Part shown: piece by piece, positions 25,793 to 34,728 of the stretch
How positions within the stretch are numbered: the stretch's first letter is position 1
Layout of the letters: every line of letters begins with the position of its first letter
Assembly: GCA_045653185.1 (NCBI GenBank)
Contig: JAZOLQ010000038.1
Coordinates: 1-43,782, forward strand
Reading direction: 5' to 3'
Source: Eubacteriales bacterium
GTDB taxonomy: Bacteria; Bacillota; Clostridia; Oscillospirales; CAG-272
DNA: 43,782 nt
Notes under the pieces: model-generated
What the model was told of the DNA's origin: nothing
What the model saw: the letters and a program-made list of their open reading frames with translations, nothing else
Database searches by the model: none
Position numbers and translations under genes: made by a program

Positions 25793-27431
25793 TATCTATC
25801 GAATATGCGGCAGGCTTCTTGGGAAGACCGGGCATAGTCATGATAGCGCCTGTAAGGACGACTATAAATTCAGCACCCGCGGAGAGCTTGACCTCTCTTA
25901 CTGTGAGCGTAAAGTCTGAAGGACGTCCAAGCTTTGAAGCGTCGTCGGAGAGAGAATACTGAGTCTTTGCAACACAGATCGGGAACTTGGAATACTTGGG
26001 GTCAAGCGCCTCGATCTCGGCAATAGTCTTAAGAGCAGCGGCATCGTATTTAACGCCGTCAGCTCCGTATATCTTTGTTGCAACTGCGGATATCTTATCC
26101 TTTATCGACATATCGTCGTCGTACATAAATTTGAAGCCAGCCTTCTTTTCGCAAGCCGCAACAACCTTCTCGGCAAGCTCTATGCCGCCTTCTCCGCCTT
26201 TAGCAAATACCTCGGAGAGTGCGAAATCAACACCCTTCTTGTCGCATATCTCGCGGATAATGTTGAGCTCTGCTTCTGTGTCAGTGCCAAATCTGTTGAT
26301 AGCCACGACCACGGGCAGACCGAATTTTGTGAGGTTGTCGATGTGCGCCTCAAGGTTTACACTTCCTGTGCGGAGAGCGTCAAGATTTTCTTCGACGAGC
26401 TTATCCTTAGGTATGCCGCCGTTATATTTGAGCGCACGAACGGTAGCAACGAGGACTACCGCAGAGGGAGCGATGCCTGCCTTACGGCACTTGATATCAA
26501 GGAATTTTTCAGCTCCGAGGTCAGCTCCGAATCCTGCCTCTGTTATAGCGTAATCCGCAAGCTTGAGCGCGAGCTTTGTAGCACGTACAGAGTTACAGCC
26601 GTGAGCGATATTTGCGAAAGGACCGCCGTGAATGAGCGCGGGAGTATTCTCGAGTGTCTGAACGAGGTTGGGCTTTATAGCGTCCTTAAGAAGAACAGCC
26701 ATAGCGCCGTTTGCGTTCAGGTCGCGGCAGTATATGGGCTTATTGTCGTAAGTATATGCCACGAGAATGTTTCCAAGACGCTCCTTAAGGTCATTTAGCG
26801 ATTCTGCAAGGCAGAGAATAGCCATGATCTCGCTGGCAACTGTTATCATAAAGTGATCCTGTCTCGGAATGCCGTCAACCTTTGAGCCAAGACCTACGGT
26901 TATGTTTCTGAGTGCGCGGTCGTTTGTGTCGGTAACTCTGGGGAAGAGAATTCTTCTCTGATCGATGCCGAGCTCATTGCCCTGCTGAAGATGGTTATCG
27001 ATTATTGCGCAGAGAAGATTGTTTGCGGCGGTGATAGCGTGGAAGTCGCCTGTGAAATGGAGATTGATATCATCCATAGGAACGACCTGAGCGTATCCTC
27101 CTCCTGCAGCGCCGCCCTTTACTCCGAATACAGGGCCGAGAGAGGGCTCACGCAGAGCGATGATAGACTTTTTGCCTATTTTTCTCATAGCCATTCCAAG
27201 ACCTACGGAGGTAGTGGTTTTTCCTTCTCCCGCGGGAGTGGGGTTTATTGCCGTTACAAGAATGAGCTTGCCGTTGGGCTTGTCCTTCATTCTTGTGAGA
27301 AAATCATCGGTTATCTTAGCTTTATATTTTCCGTAAAGCTCAAGCTCGTCATCGGTGACTCCAAGAGTGGTGGCAACTTCTTTTATAGGAAGCATTTTTG
27401 CTTCTGTTGCGATTTGAATATCGGTTTTCAT
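25758..27431 (-). CDS. fhs: Formate--tetrahydrofolate ligase
   Basis: 557 aa with [15 protein letters not shown] and the overall FTHFS pattern. Confidence 0.92.
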   Translation of the reverse strand: MKTDIQIATEAKMLPIKEVATTLGVTDDELELYGKYKAKITDDFLTRMKDKPNGKLILVTAINPTPAGEGKTTTSVGLGMAMRKIGKKSIIALREPSLGPVFGVKGGAAGGGYAQVVPMDDINLHFTGDFHAITAANNLLCAIIDNHLQQGNELGIDQRRILFPRVTDTNDRALRNITVGLGSKVDGIPRQDHFMITVASEIMAILCLAESLNDLKERLGNILVAYTYDNKPIYCRDLNANGAMAVLLKDAIKPNLVQTLENTPALIHGGPFANIAHGCNSVRATKLALKLADYAITEAGFGADLGAEKFLDIKCRKAGIAPSAVVLVATVRALKYNGGIPKDKLVEENLDALRTGSVNLEAHIDNLTKFGLPVVVAINRFGTDTEAELNIIREICDKKGVDFALSEVFAKGGEGGIELAEKVVAACEKKAGFKFMYDDDMSIKDKISAVATKIYGADGVKYDAAALKTIAEIEALDPKYSKFPICVAKTQYSLSDDASKLGRPSDFTLTVREVKLSAGAEFIVVLTGAIMTMPGLPKKPAAYSIDIDDNGNITGLF

Positions 27432-27488
27432 AACAGTCCCCTTTAAAAGTTTTTATAGAATAGATCTGCAATTAGTATACTCTATTAT

Positions 27489-27517
27489 AGTATATCACAG
27501 AAAATAAAATATGTAAA
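27489..27517 (-). promoter_or_regulatory. Extended -10 promoter for fhs
   Basis: The minus strand reads TTTACA (27517-27512), a 17-nt spacer ending in TGa, then TATACT (27494-27489). Confidence 0.5.
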
Positions 27518-27545
27518 GAATTTTATTCGTATTTTTTAAACTATA

Positions 27546-27574
27546 TTGTATTTTCATTTAAGTTGTAGTATAAT
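27546..27574 (+). promoter_or_regulatory. Promoter for the GDPD-like/IMPase gene
   Basis: TTGTAT (27546-27551), a 17-nt spacer, then TATAAT (27569-27574). Confidence 0.5.
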
Positions 27575-27621
27575 CTAAAACGAAATATTAAGTCTTGCCG
27601 TATCTGAGAAAGGGAAGGACT

Positions 27622-29088
27622 ATGAAAAAAACGATAAGATATTCTCCGAATATGATAAAATTTTCAAATATGACGCTGATAACGGCGCAGTCGGGATGCG
27701 AGGGAGCTTTGCCGAACAGCCGTGAGGCTGTCCTTGAGGCGCTCGCTTCGGGGGCGGAATATATCGAGGTGGACGTAAGATATGACGGTGAGTGCTTGTA
27801 TCTTGCAGAGGATATTTCCGCCGATCCTTCAAAGTGCTTCAAATTCGAGAGAATGCTCTCGCTTGCGTCGGCTCATCCTTCGGTCTTCATAAATTGCGAT
27901 ATTAAGACAAGGGAAATCGAGCAGCTTGTTATCGACGCCGCAGAGCGTTACGGTATGGCGCACAGAATATTGTTTACGGGCGAATGTAATGATGCTGCCC
28001 GCCTCGGCGGAGAGCGCTGGTACACACTTTTGAACTGCGGTGATAAGGAAAAATCTATAAGAGATGCCGTAGCGCACTGTATAGAGGTCGGTTGCGAATA
28101 CATAGATGTTGACCGAGAAATCCTGAGCGACGAAGCGCTGAAATATATTCACGCAAAAGGACTTAAGGTATCGGTGAGAAACCTTGACGACGACCGAGAG
28201 ATAAAGCGTTTTCTGAGCCTTGGCGTTGATAATATAACTACGGGAAAACCGCGCTTTGCGCTCAGCCAAAGAGAGATCATACAGGGAACGTACTTGCAAA
28301 ACGGAATCTTGCCCGACGGCTCTATTGAGGAGATAATTTTCAATGCCGGAAAGATAATGTCTTTTGCCGATCGCGATAAAATACGCTTTGATAAAAAAGC
28401 GGGAGCTGCAAACTTTGTTACCGAGTATGACGTTAAGGTGCAGCAATATCTTGAAGCAGAGTTCATAGAGCTTATGAACCGAGAATGCGCTTTTCTTGCC
28501 GAGGAAGAGGGAGAGAGCGAAAATCCGCTTGGCGACGGTTATACCTTTGTGATAGACCCGATAGACGGAACTACCAATTTTATGCTTGACAGGCGAAGCT
28601 CGTGTATTTCGGTGGGGCTGTTGAAGGACAAAAAGGTGGTTTTTGGGGCGGTCTACACACCTTACGACAAGAGATATTATTATGCGATCTTGGGAAAAGG
28701 CGCATATTGTAACCATATACCGATACATGTTTCGGACAGAGAAGCCGAGAGGGCGATCGTCTCTGTCGGCTCTGCGCCTTATTACAAGGATATGGTGCAC
28801 AAGATCGGCGTGATGACCGAGGAGATGCTCAAAAGCTTTGCCGACATCAGAAGAGTTGGCTCGGCGGCGCTTGAGGCTTGCGCCTTGGCTTGCGGAGAGC
28901 TCGACGGCTATTGCGAGCCGATACTTGGACCTTGGGACTACGCCGCAGGCGTGCTTATCGTAAGTGAGGCTGGCGGAAAGAGCTCGGATTTTGATGGCAA
29001 AGAGCTTGGATTTACCACTTCGAGTTCTGTCGTTTTTGGTACGCCAAAAACCTATGACATACTTTCAGAAATAGTGAAATCGTTATAA
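27622..29088 (+). CDS. Fusion protein: N-terminal GDPD-like TIM-barrel domain + C-terminal inositol monophosphatase family domain
   Basis: ATG at 27622 follows AGGGAAGGA. The ORF-track start at 27595 is a TTG. The N-terminal half has a GDPD-like layout (ITAQSGCEGALPNSREAVLEA...YIEVDVRYDG..LYLAED). The C-terminal half has the IMPase motifs LAEEEGE, VIDPIDGTTNF and WDYAAGVLIVSEAGG. Confidence 0.75.
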   Translation: MKKTIRYSPNMIKFSNMTLITAQSGCEGALPNSREAVLEALASGAEYIEVDVRYDGECLYLAEDISADPSKCFKFERMLSLASAHPSVFINCDIKTREIEQLVIDAAERYGMAHRILFTGECNDAARLGGERWYTLLNCGDKEKSIRDAVAHCIEVGCEYIDVDREILSDEALKYIHAKGLKVSVRNLDDDREIKRFLSLGVDNITTGKPRFALSQREIIQGTYLQNGILPDGSIEEIIFNAGKIMSFADRDKIRFDKKAGAANFVTEYDVKVQQYLEAEFIELMNRECAFLAEEEGESENPLGDGYTFVIDPIDGTTNFMLDRRSSCISVGLLKDKKVVFGAVYTPYDKRYYYAILGKGAYCNHIPIHVSDREAERAIVSVGSAPYYKDMVHKIGVMTEEMLKSFADIRRVGSAALEACALACGELDGYCEPILGPWDYAAGVLIVSEAGGKSSDFDGKELGFTTSSSVVFGTPKTYDILSEIVKSL

Positions 29089-29112
29089 ATTTAAACCGAT
29101 ACAAATGAAGAT

Positions 29113-29158
29113 CGGCTGAAAGAGAGTGTTCTATACACGCCCTTTCAGCCGTTTTTTT
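29113..29158 (+). terminator. Rho-independent terminator after the GDPD-like/IMPase gene
   Basis: CGGCTGAAAG (29113-29122) pairs with CTTTCAGCCG (29142-29151), followed by TTTTTTT. Confidence 0.75.
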
Positions 29159-29256
29159 ATCTTTTTCTGTCTTTTTTTATTCCGAAAAACCTTCTCAGTA
29201 TAGGCGCAAGAAGGGCGGGAGAGTGAAAAAGTACGATCTTCATAAAAGTGATCCTT

Positions 29257-29415
29257 TCAGTTATGTTTTCCAAGCAGGAGTATCCCTGCGGCGATAAGTA
29301 TGGCGGCTTCGATAAACGCGAGAAAATATCCTGGAAGAATAAAGGAGAGGAATATCCCCGCGCCAAAGCAGACCGCAGAGATCCCTATCAGCTTTCTGAG
29401 TCTTATGTGACACAT
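29257..29415 (-). CDS. Small hydrophobic protein, 52 aa (below the ORF-track cutoff)
   Basis: AGGAGG lies 6 nt upstream of the ATG at 29415. The translation is MCHIRLRKLIGISAVCFGAGIFLSFILPGYFLAFIEAAILIAAGILLLGKHN, with two TM-like segments. Confidence 0.5.
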   Translation of the reverse strand: MCHIRLRKLIGISAVCFGAGIFLSFILPGYFLAFIEAAILIAAGILLLGKHN

Positions 29416-29526
29416 ATAATACCTCCTTAGCAGGTATTAAAATTATATGCAAAGATACCGCCGTATGATTATAATAACGGGAAATAAACTTTCATATAAT
29501 GGTAGCAGATAGGTGGAGGATATGAA

Positions 29527-30714
29527 ATGAGTTCAATTTGCGGAATAGTTGATTTTGAGTCAAGCTTTGTAGATTTTAATACTCTTAAGGATATGGGAAA
29601 GGCTATGGTGCTCAGGGGCAAGGATCAATCGGGCGCGTACATCAGTCGCGGCGTGGGGCTTCAGCACAATAGAATGGTGCTTTCAGAAGCGTCAGCAGAA
29701 AGACAGCCGCATACTGTCGAGAGGGATGGGCGTGTCTACACCGTGGTATTTGACGGTGAACTTTACAATATGGCGAATATCCCGTGCTCCTCGGGGCTGT
29801 TGGGATTTAATTCTGCGGCAGAAGCGGTGATCGAAGGGTATATAGCGTACGGATACAAGTGCGTGGAATATCTTGATGGAATATTTGCCTTTGCGATATA
29901 CGACGAGGAAAAGAGGGAAGTTTTTTTGGCGCGGGACAGCATTGGAGCGAAGCCGTTATACTATTTGAACGACGGAAGACGGCTTGTGTTTGCCTCTGAG
30001 ATAAAGGGTATACTCAGATATCTGAAAGACGGAGTCGAGATAGACAGAGGCGCGCTTTGCGAGCTTATCACCTCTCCGCTTGGAATGATAGGCGCGACAG
30101 AGCTGTATAGAGGGATAAAGGAGCTTCCCGAGTCTGCCTTTGCTATCCATTCAAGGCTTGGAACACAGGTGGGGGAATATTTGCCCTCAAAAAGCTTGTA
30201 CGGTATAGCTTCCGAAAGAAGAAGCAAAGAGGTATTCAGAGCCGAAAATACTATAAAATGTGAGTCTCTGCCATCGGTTTTGAACGAAGCCTTGGTGGCG
30301 TTCGACCACCCCGCATTTGACGAATTTATGTGCGGATATTTGAATTTACTTAAAGGCATTAAGGGCATTGAAAGGGCAGTTATTGAGGACAGCGCACTCT
30401 CGATAGACTTTGGATATGCCATGCAAAGAGCCGACCGACTTGGAATGATGAATGGGATACTTATAGAGACGAGGTCGCTCGAAGAAGAGAAAAAAATAAA
30501 AAACTCCGTTTTATACAGAGCTGAAAAATTTTTGCTTGACGGCGCGTCTGAGCTTATCTGCGGCGGAGATAGTTATGTAAGCAGTATATTTGGCGGAGAA
30601 ATTCTTGAGAGCATTAAGCGCGAGAGGGATATAAGACGCAGGATACGCTCATACGGAATGATAATACAGGCAGAGAGGTGGATACGGAGTTATCCGATAA
30701 TCTTTGTGAAATAG
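29527..30714 (+). CDS. Asparagine synthetase-like protein: class II glutamine amidotransferase domain with a truncated or degenerate synthetase domain
   Basis: 395 aa. GGAGGA lies 6 nt upstream of the ATG. The N-terminus MSSICGIVDF resembles the MCGI Ntn start but carries 3 extra residues. An AsnB-like string (RADRLGMMNGILIETRSLEEE) is present, but no SGGxDS PP-loop sits in the expected position. Confidence 0.65.
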   Translation: MSSICGIVDFESSFVDFNTLKDMGKAMVLRGKDQSGAYISRGVGLQHNRMVLSEASAERQPHTVERDGRVYTVVFDGELYNMANIPCSSGLLGFNSAAEAVIEGYIAYGYKCVEYLDGIFAFAIYDEEKREVFLARDSIGAKPLYYLNDGRRLVFASEIKGILRYLKDGVEIDRGALCELITSPLGMIGATELYRGIKELPESAFAIHSRLGTQVGEYLPSKSLYGIASERRSKEVFRAENTIKCESLPSVLNEALVAFDHPAFDEFMCGYLNLLKGIKGIERAVIEDSALSIDFGYAMQRADRLGMMNGILIETRSLEEEKKIKNSVLYRAEKFLLDGASELICGGDSYVSSIFGGEILESIKRERDIRRRIRSYGMIIQAERWIRSYPIIFVK

Positions 30715-30716
30715 TA

Positions 30717-30744
30717 AAAGGCTGAGCTAATAACTCAGCCTTTT
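30717..30744. terminator. Bidirectional terminator between the AsnB-like gene and thiN
   Basis: AAAGGCTGAG pairs with CTCAGCCTTT around a 7-nt loop, with an A-run and a T-run on either side. Confidence 0.75.
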
Positions 30745-30745
30745 A

Positions 30746-31378
30746 CTATTTCATATCCTTTGTTTCGATAAGGAATATTCCGCCTTTTTTAACAGAGATG
30801 AGAGCGCAGTTGCCGACGATCTCGTTGGAGACGGCGTATTGAAATTTTCTTGAGAGTTTTGTGTTTTTCAGCGGATATTTACAGCCTTCAACGCTGACGC
30901 CCTTTACAGTTTCGTCAGCCGATATCAAGGAGATATAGTTAAATCCGCTTTTAGCTATAAGAGTGCTTGTTGAGCGTATGTAACGCACGCGGTTCTGCCC
31001 GCTGGTTATGACACAGTGTATCGATGCGTCGTACATTGCCTCTAGTATTGCGAGGTTTGACATCGTATGGTCAAGTCTTCCGTCAAGTCCGCCAATGATA
31101 ACGATGTCATCAGCACCGCGGGAGACTGCGAGATCGAGGGCAAGCTGAGTGTCTGTCTGGTCCTTCTCTGTGGGAACTGTTATTTTTTCTACGCTGTCTG
31201 GGATAACAGAAGGATCGGCAAGAGAGTCAAAATCGCCAAGCGCTATGTCAACGCTTGCGCTCATAAGGAGCGCATTGTTGTATCCCGAGTCGGCGGCGAT
31301 AACGAGGTCGTCCTTCTTCGGTTTTTCGGTTATGTTTTCGGGGTATATTTTTCCGCCTGTGTATATAAATGCTTTCAT
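30746..31378 (-). CDS. thiN: Thiamine diphosphokinase
   Basis: 210 aa with GDFDS, TEKDQTD and GGLDGRLDH motifs. It follows rsgA, in the conserved position where B. subtilis places thiN after cpgA-rpe. Confidence 0.85.
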   Translation of the reverse strand: MKAFIYTGGKIYPENITEKPKKDDLVIAADSGYNNALLMSASVDIALGDFDSLADPSVIPDSVEKITVPTEKDQTDTQLALDLAVSRGADDIVIIGGLDGRLDHTMSNLAILEAMYDASIHCVITSGQNRVRYIRSTSTLIAKSGFNYISLISADETVKGVSVEGCKYPLKNTKLSRKFQYAVSNEIVGNCALISVKKGGIFLIETKDMK

Positions 31379-31390
31379 AGTTCTAAATTC

Positions 31391-32326
31391 TCACCATTTC
31401 TTTTTTGCCTTGAGTGTATTGTGTATCTCAAGGAAGCTTTCGTGTCTTGATTTCGGTATATCTCCGCGCTTTACCGCCTCAACGATAGCGCAGCCCTCTT
31501 CTTTTGTGTGTGAGCATTTCGTGTATCGGCACTCGCCTATATAAGGGAGAAATTCACGCATAGTGAGTGGAAGATCCTCGCAGCCGAAAAAATCAAATCG
31601 CTCAAAGTCGAGCATAGAGAAGCCTGGGGTATCGGCAAGATATCCGCAGTCGAGGTCGTCTGAAAGAGGGAATAGCTCGACTTGACGGGTGGTGTGTTTT
31701 CCTCGCTCTATTTTTCTGCTTATCTCCGAGGTCGAGAGCTTGAGATTCGGGAAAAGCGCGTTCATAAGCGTGGATTTCCCTATTCCCGAAGCGCCTGCGA
31801 ATGCAGAGGTCTTTCCGACGAGCTTTTCTTTTATAAAGCTCTGTATTTCGGCAAGTCCTTCTCCTATAAGCGAGCTTATAACAAAGACCTCAAAGCCCGA
31901 GCGTCTGTAAATATCGGCTATCCGTTCTGCTTCGCCACGCGCAAGATCGCTCTTTGTGATGACGATAACAGGCTCTATTTTATTGAACTCGGCTATCGAT
32001 ATCATTTTATCGACCGTCGTGAGTATAGGTGAGGGATGTGCGCACGCCATGGTTACGAATATGTAATCCAGATTTGCCAGCGGCGGACGGATAAGAGAAT
32101 TTTTTCTCTCAAGTATTTCCGATATGACGAACTCGCCCTCGCAGGACTTGTCCTCAAGCAGAGTCACGTCATCGCCCGCAAGCGGGGATATATTTGCGTG
32201 CTTAAAAGCCCCCTTTGCGCGACAGGCAATAAGCGAGCCGCAAAGGTGAGAGTCGGCGTCGCATATCTTGACGGTATAAAGTCCGCCGACCCCCTTTATT
32301 ATTTTTCCTTTTACGGTGTTTTCCAT
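31391..32326 (-). CDS. rsgA: Ribosome small-subunit-dependent GTPase A
   Basis: 311 aa with GASGIGKSTLMNAL, DTPGF and the C-terminal zinc cluster CRYTKCSHTKEEGCAI. Confidence 0.9.
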   Translation of the reverse strand: MENTVKGKIIKGVGGLYTVKICDADSHLCGSLIACRAKGAFKHANISPLAGDDVTLLEDKSCEGEFVISEILERKNSLIRPPLANLDYIFVTMACAHPSPILTTVDKMISIAEFNKIEPVIVITKSDLARGEAERIADIYRRSGFEVFVISSLIGEGLAEIQSFIKEKLVGKTSAFAGASGIGKSTLMNALFPNLKLSTSEISRKIERGKHTTRQVELFPLSDDLDCGYLADTPGFSMLDFERFDFFGCEDLPLTMREFLPYIGECRYTKCSHTKEEGCAIVEAVKRGDIPKSRHESFLEIHNTLKAKKKW

Positions 32327-32343
32327 TTTTTCTCCGTTTCTTT

Positions 32344-33588
32344 TTAAGAGCTTACATATATGTCTATTGAAATTATTCCCGATTTTATTGGCGTTTCGGG
32401 CAGAACCGACTGGGATATAACAGTTCCCTTGGGCGCGCCGTTGGCAACGCCGTAAACATTTCCGACGACAAGTCCGTACTCGGCAAGCTTCTGCTTGGCT
32501 TGCTCTATTGAAAGCCCATATAGGTCGGGCATCTTTTTTTCGTTGTATTTTATTCCCGCGCTGACCGTAAATGAGACCTCGCTATCCTTTTCAAGCTCGG
32601 TGCCGAAGGTATGGCTTTGAGAGATGACCGTGCCTGCAGGGCGCTCGGACTGTATATAGGAAACGCTCCCCACCCTAAGACCCGACGCGCGCAAGATCTC
32701 CTCGGCTCGAGCTTCGGTCAGAGAGTATATATTTGGAACTGTGACGTATATTTTTTCAGGGCCGAGGCTTACCGTGAGAGTTACTGTGTCTTCCTCCGAA
32801 AAGCTCTCTCCCACTGCGGGAGATGTGGAAATTATCTTTCCCGACTCCGCTTTAGACGAATATACCCGATTAACATTGACCTTTATAGCTTGATTTTTTA
32901 GTTCCAGCATAGCGTCCCGAAGATTATACGAGGAATAGTCGTTCATAGTGAAGGTCTTTTTTCCAAGGCTTATAACGAGAAAGATATCACAGGGCTCGCC
33001 AAGCTCGTACACCCTTCTTGTAACTCCCTCGGCGGGAGTTTGAGATATTACGTATCCCTCGGGAATTTCTTTGCTGTGCTTGTAGGATACGTGAAGGTCG
33101 TAATATTTTGAGTCGAAGGAGTCGGACTCAGCCGAATATTGCATACCTACAAAGCTTGGGACGGCAAAGTTTTCATAAGCCCCGAAATAGTCCTTTATAA
33201 AAAGCGAATATATCACAAATCCAAGCGAGAGAAAAGCGACTGCCAAAGCTCCGCAGAACGCACCGAAAAGCGCGGGCAGGAAGGATGGGCGCAGGCTTCT
33301 CTTTAGTCTCATCTCAAGTATTTTTGCCCGAATACCCAGAGAGAAGGCGTGTGCAAAATCTATCGCCTTTGAAAACAGGGACGGCGCAAACCGTACCTTC
33401 GCGCGAGCCGAATACGGTGTGTGTGAAGAGTATGGGTCGTAAAAAACACCAAACGCAAAAAGCTCGGCAACCTCTATTGGAAGAGATGGGAGAGGGCAGG
33501 GCAAGAGCGGAGTTTTTTTCCTTTTTGGGATTATGGAGCGTCGAGCCTTAGCGGGCGCTCGTCTTATGGATATTATTCTGTACTTCAA
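32344..33588 (-). CDS. Membrane-anchored protein with four PASTA repeats and no kinase domain
   Basis: One TM segment (FLPALFGAFCGALAVAFLSLGFVIYSLFI) is followed by four ~65-aa PASTA-like units (e.g. VPNIYSLTEARAEEILRASGLRVGSVSYIQSERPAGTVISQS...VSFTVSAG). The start is uncertain: TTG at 33588 or ATG at 33312. Neither has a strong RBS. Confidence 0.7.
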   Translation of the reverse strand: MKYRIISIRRAPAKARRSIIPKRKKTPLLPCPLPSLPIEVAELFAFGVFYDPYSSHTPYSARAKVRFAPSLFSKAIDFAHAFSLGIRAKILEMRLKRSLRPSFLPALFGAFCGALAVAFLSLGFVIYSLFIKDYFGAYENFAVPSFVGMQYSAESDSFDSKYYDLHVSYKHSKEIPEGYVISQTPAEGVTRRVYELGEPCDIFLVISLGKKTFTMNDYSSYNLRDAMLELKNQAIKVNVNRVYSSKAESGKIISTSPAVGESFSEEDTVTLTVSLGPEKIYVTVPNIYSLTEARAEEILRASGLRVGSVSYIQSERPAGTVISQSHTFGTELEKDSEVSFTVSAGIKYNEKKMPDLYGLSIEQAKQKLAEYGLVVGNVYGVANGAPKGTVISQSVLPETPIKSGIISIDIYVSS

Positions 33589-33638
33589 TTTTTATTTCTT
33601 CTGTGTGAAGAATCTCCTTACAAAAATATGTACAGAAA

Positions 33639-34715
33639 TTACTCCTTTTCGTTTTCGTGAGCGCGTCTGAGCTGACCGCAGGAGGCGTTTATGTCAGCAC
33701 CCAGCTTTCTGCGCACCGTAGCTCTTATTCCGAGTCTGTTGAGTATCGCGGCGAACTTATCGACAGCTTCCTTGCCCGAACGCTCAAATCCCGTCTCAGA
33801 TACCTCGTTTACGGGAATGAGATTTACGTGTATCGGCATTGTCTCGGTTCTGCTTCTGAGCTTTGAATTGAGCAGATTTGCCAGCTTTTCAGCGGCGGCG
33901 GGAGAGTCGTTCTTTCCCGCAATAAGCGTATATTCAAATGAAATGCGTCTGCCTGTTTTTGCAAAATAAGCCTTGCACTCGTCAAGCAGAGCATCTATGT
34001 TCCATTTTTTGTTTATCGGCATTATCGACGAGCGCGTAATGTCGTCGGATGCGTGGAGCGATATCGAAAGCGTTATCGGAAGGTCCTCTTTTGCGAGCAG
34101 TCTTATTTTGTCAACCAGTCCGCAGGTTGAGAGCGATATATGGCGATATCCGATATTCAGTCCCTTTTCGTCGCCCACGAGGCGCAAAAATTTTATAACG
34201 TTGTCGTAGTTGTCGAGCGGCTCGCCAATGCCCATCATAACTACGTTGGATATCCTTTCGCCGCAATCGTTCTGTGCGGCTATTATCTGACCGAGAAGCT
34301 CTGAGGGAGAAAGGTCTCGCACCTTTCCGCCGATAGTAGAGGCGCAAAAAGCACAGCCCATAAGACAGCCTACCTGTGATGATATGCATATTGTGTTTCC
34401 GTGCTTGTATTTCATAACCACGCTCTCGATACAGTTTCCGTCACTCAGACCGAAAAGGTATTTGAGCGTACCGTCTATCTTTGATACGAGTTTCTTTTCA
34501 ATCGTGGGTATGTGGTAATAAGCGACCTCCGAAAGCTTTGCTTTGAGCGCCTTTCCTATATTCGTCATATCGTCGGGAGATACGCCGCGGTGCATCTGAA
34601 CGAAGAGCTGTTCCGCTCTGTAACGGGGTTCTCCGAGAGATAATATAAGCGCCTCAAGCTCGTCTCTTGTGAGCGAGAGAAGGTCGATGCTTTTTTGTGT
34701 TTGTGTAGATGACAT
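33639..34715 (-). CDS. rlmN: 23S rRNA/tRNA (adenine-C2)-methyltransferase RlmN (radical SAM)
   Basis: 358 aa with the CLMGCAFC (Cx3Cx2C) motif and an N-terminus of the form ...PRYRAEQLF.... Confidence 0.9.
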   Translation of the reverse strand: MSSTQTQKSIDLLSLTRDELEALILSLGEPRYRAEQLFVQMHRGVSPDDMTNIGKALKAKLSEVAYYHIPTIEKKLVSKIDGTLKYLFGLSDGNCIESVVMKYKHGNTICISSQVGCLMGCAFCASTIGGKVRDLSPSELLGQIIAAQNDCGERISNVVMMGIGEPLDNYDNVIKFLRLVGDEKGLNIGYRHISLSTCGLVDKIRLLAKEDLPITLSISLHASDDITRSSIMPINKKWNIDALLDECKAYFAKTGRRISFEYTLIAGKNDSPAAAEKLANLLNSKLRSRTETMPIHVNLIPVNEVSETGFERSGKEAVDKFAAILNRLGIRATVRRKLGADINASCGQLRRAHENEKE

Positions 34716-34728
34716 ATATATTTTATCC

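Noticed and set aside
27829-28800. 323-aa minus-strand ORF antisense to the GDPD-like/IMPase gene. Similar long antisense ORFs occur at 38658-39557 (priA), 42219-42932 (the yicC-like gene), 23384-24064 (ispD), 22707-23357 (the ispF region) and 25987-26553 (fhs).
   Set aside because: The opposite strand carries clear family motifs in every case. The antisense translations are rich in R, S, C, Y and F, have no recognisable motifs and lack an RBS. These are typical shadow ORFs.
29157-29452. ORF-track entries 29157-29366(-), 29261-29452(-) and 29248-29430(+)
   Set aside because: None has an RBS or a protein-like composition. They are superseded by the 52-codon ORF at 29257-29415, which has an AGGAGG RBS and a TM-like sequence.
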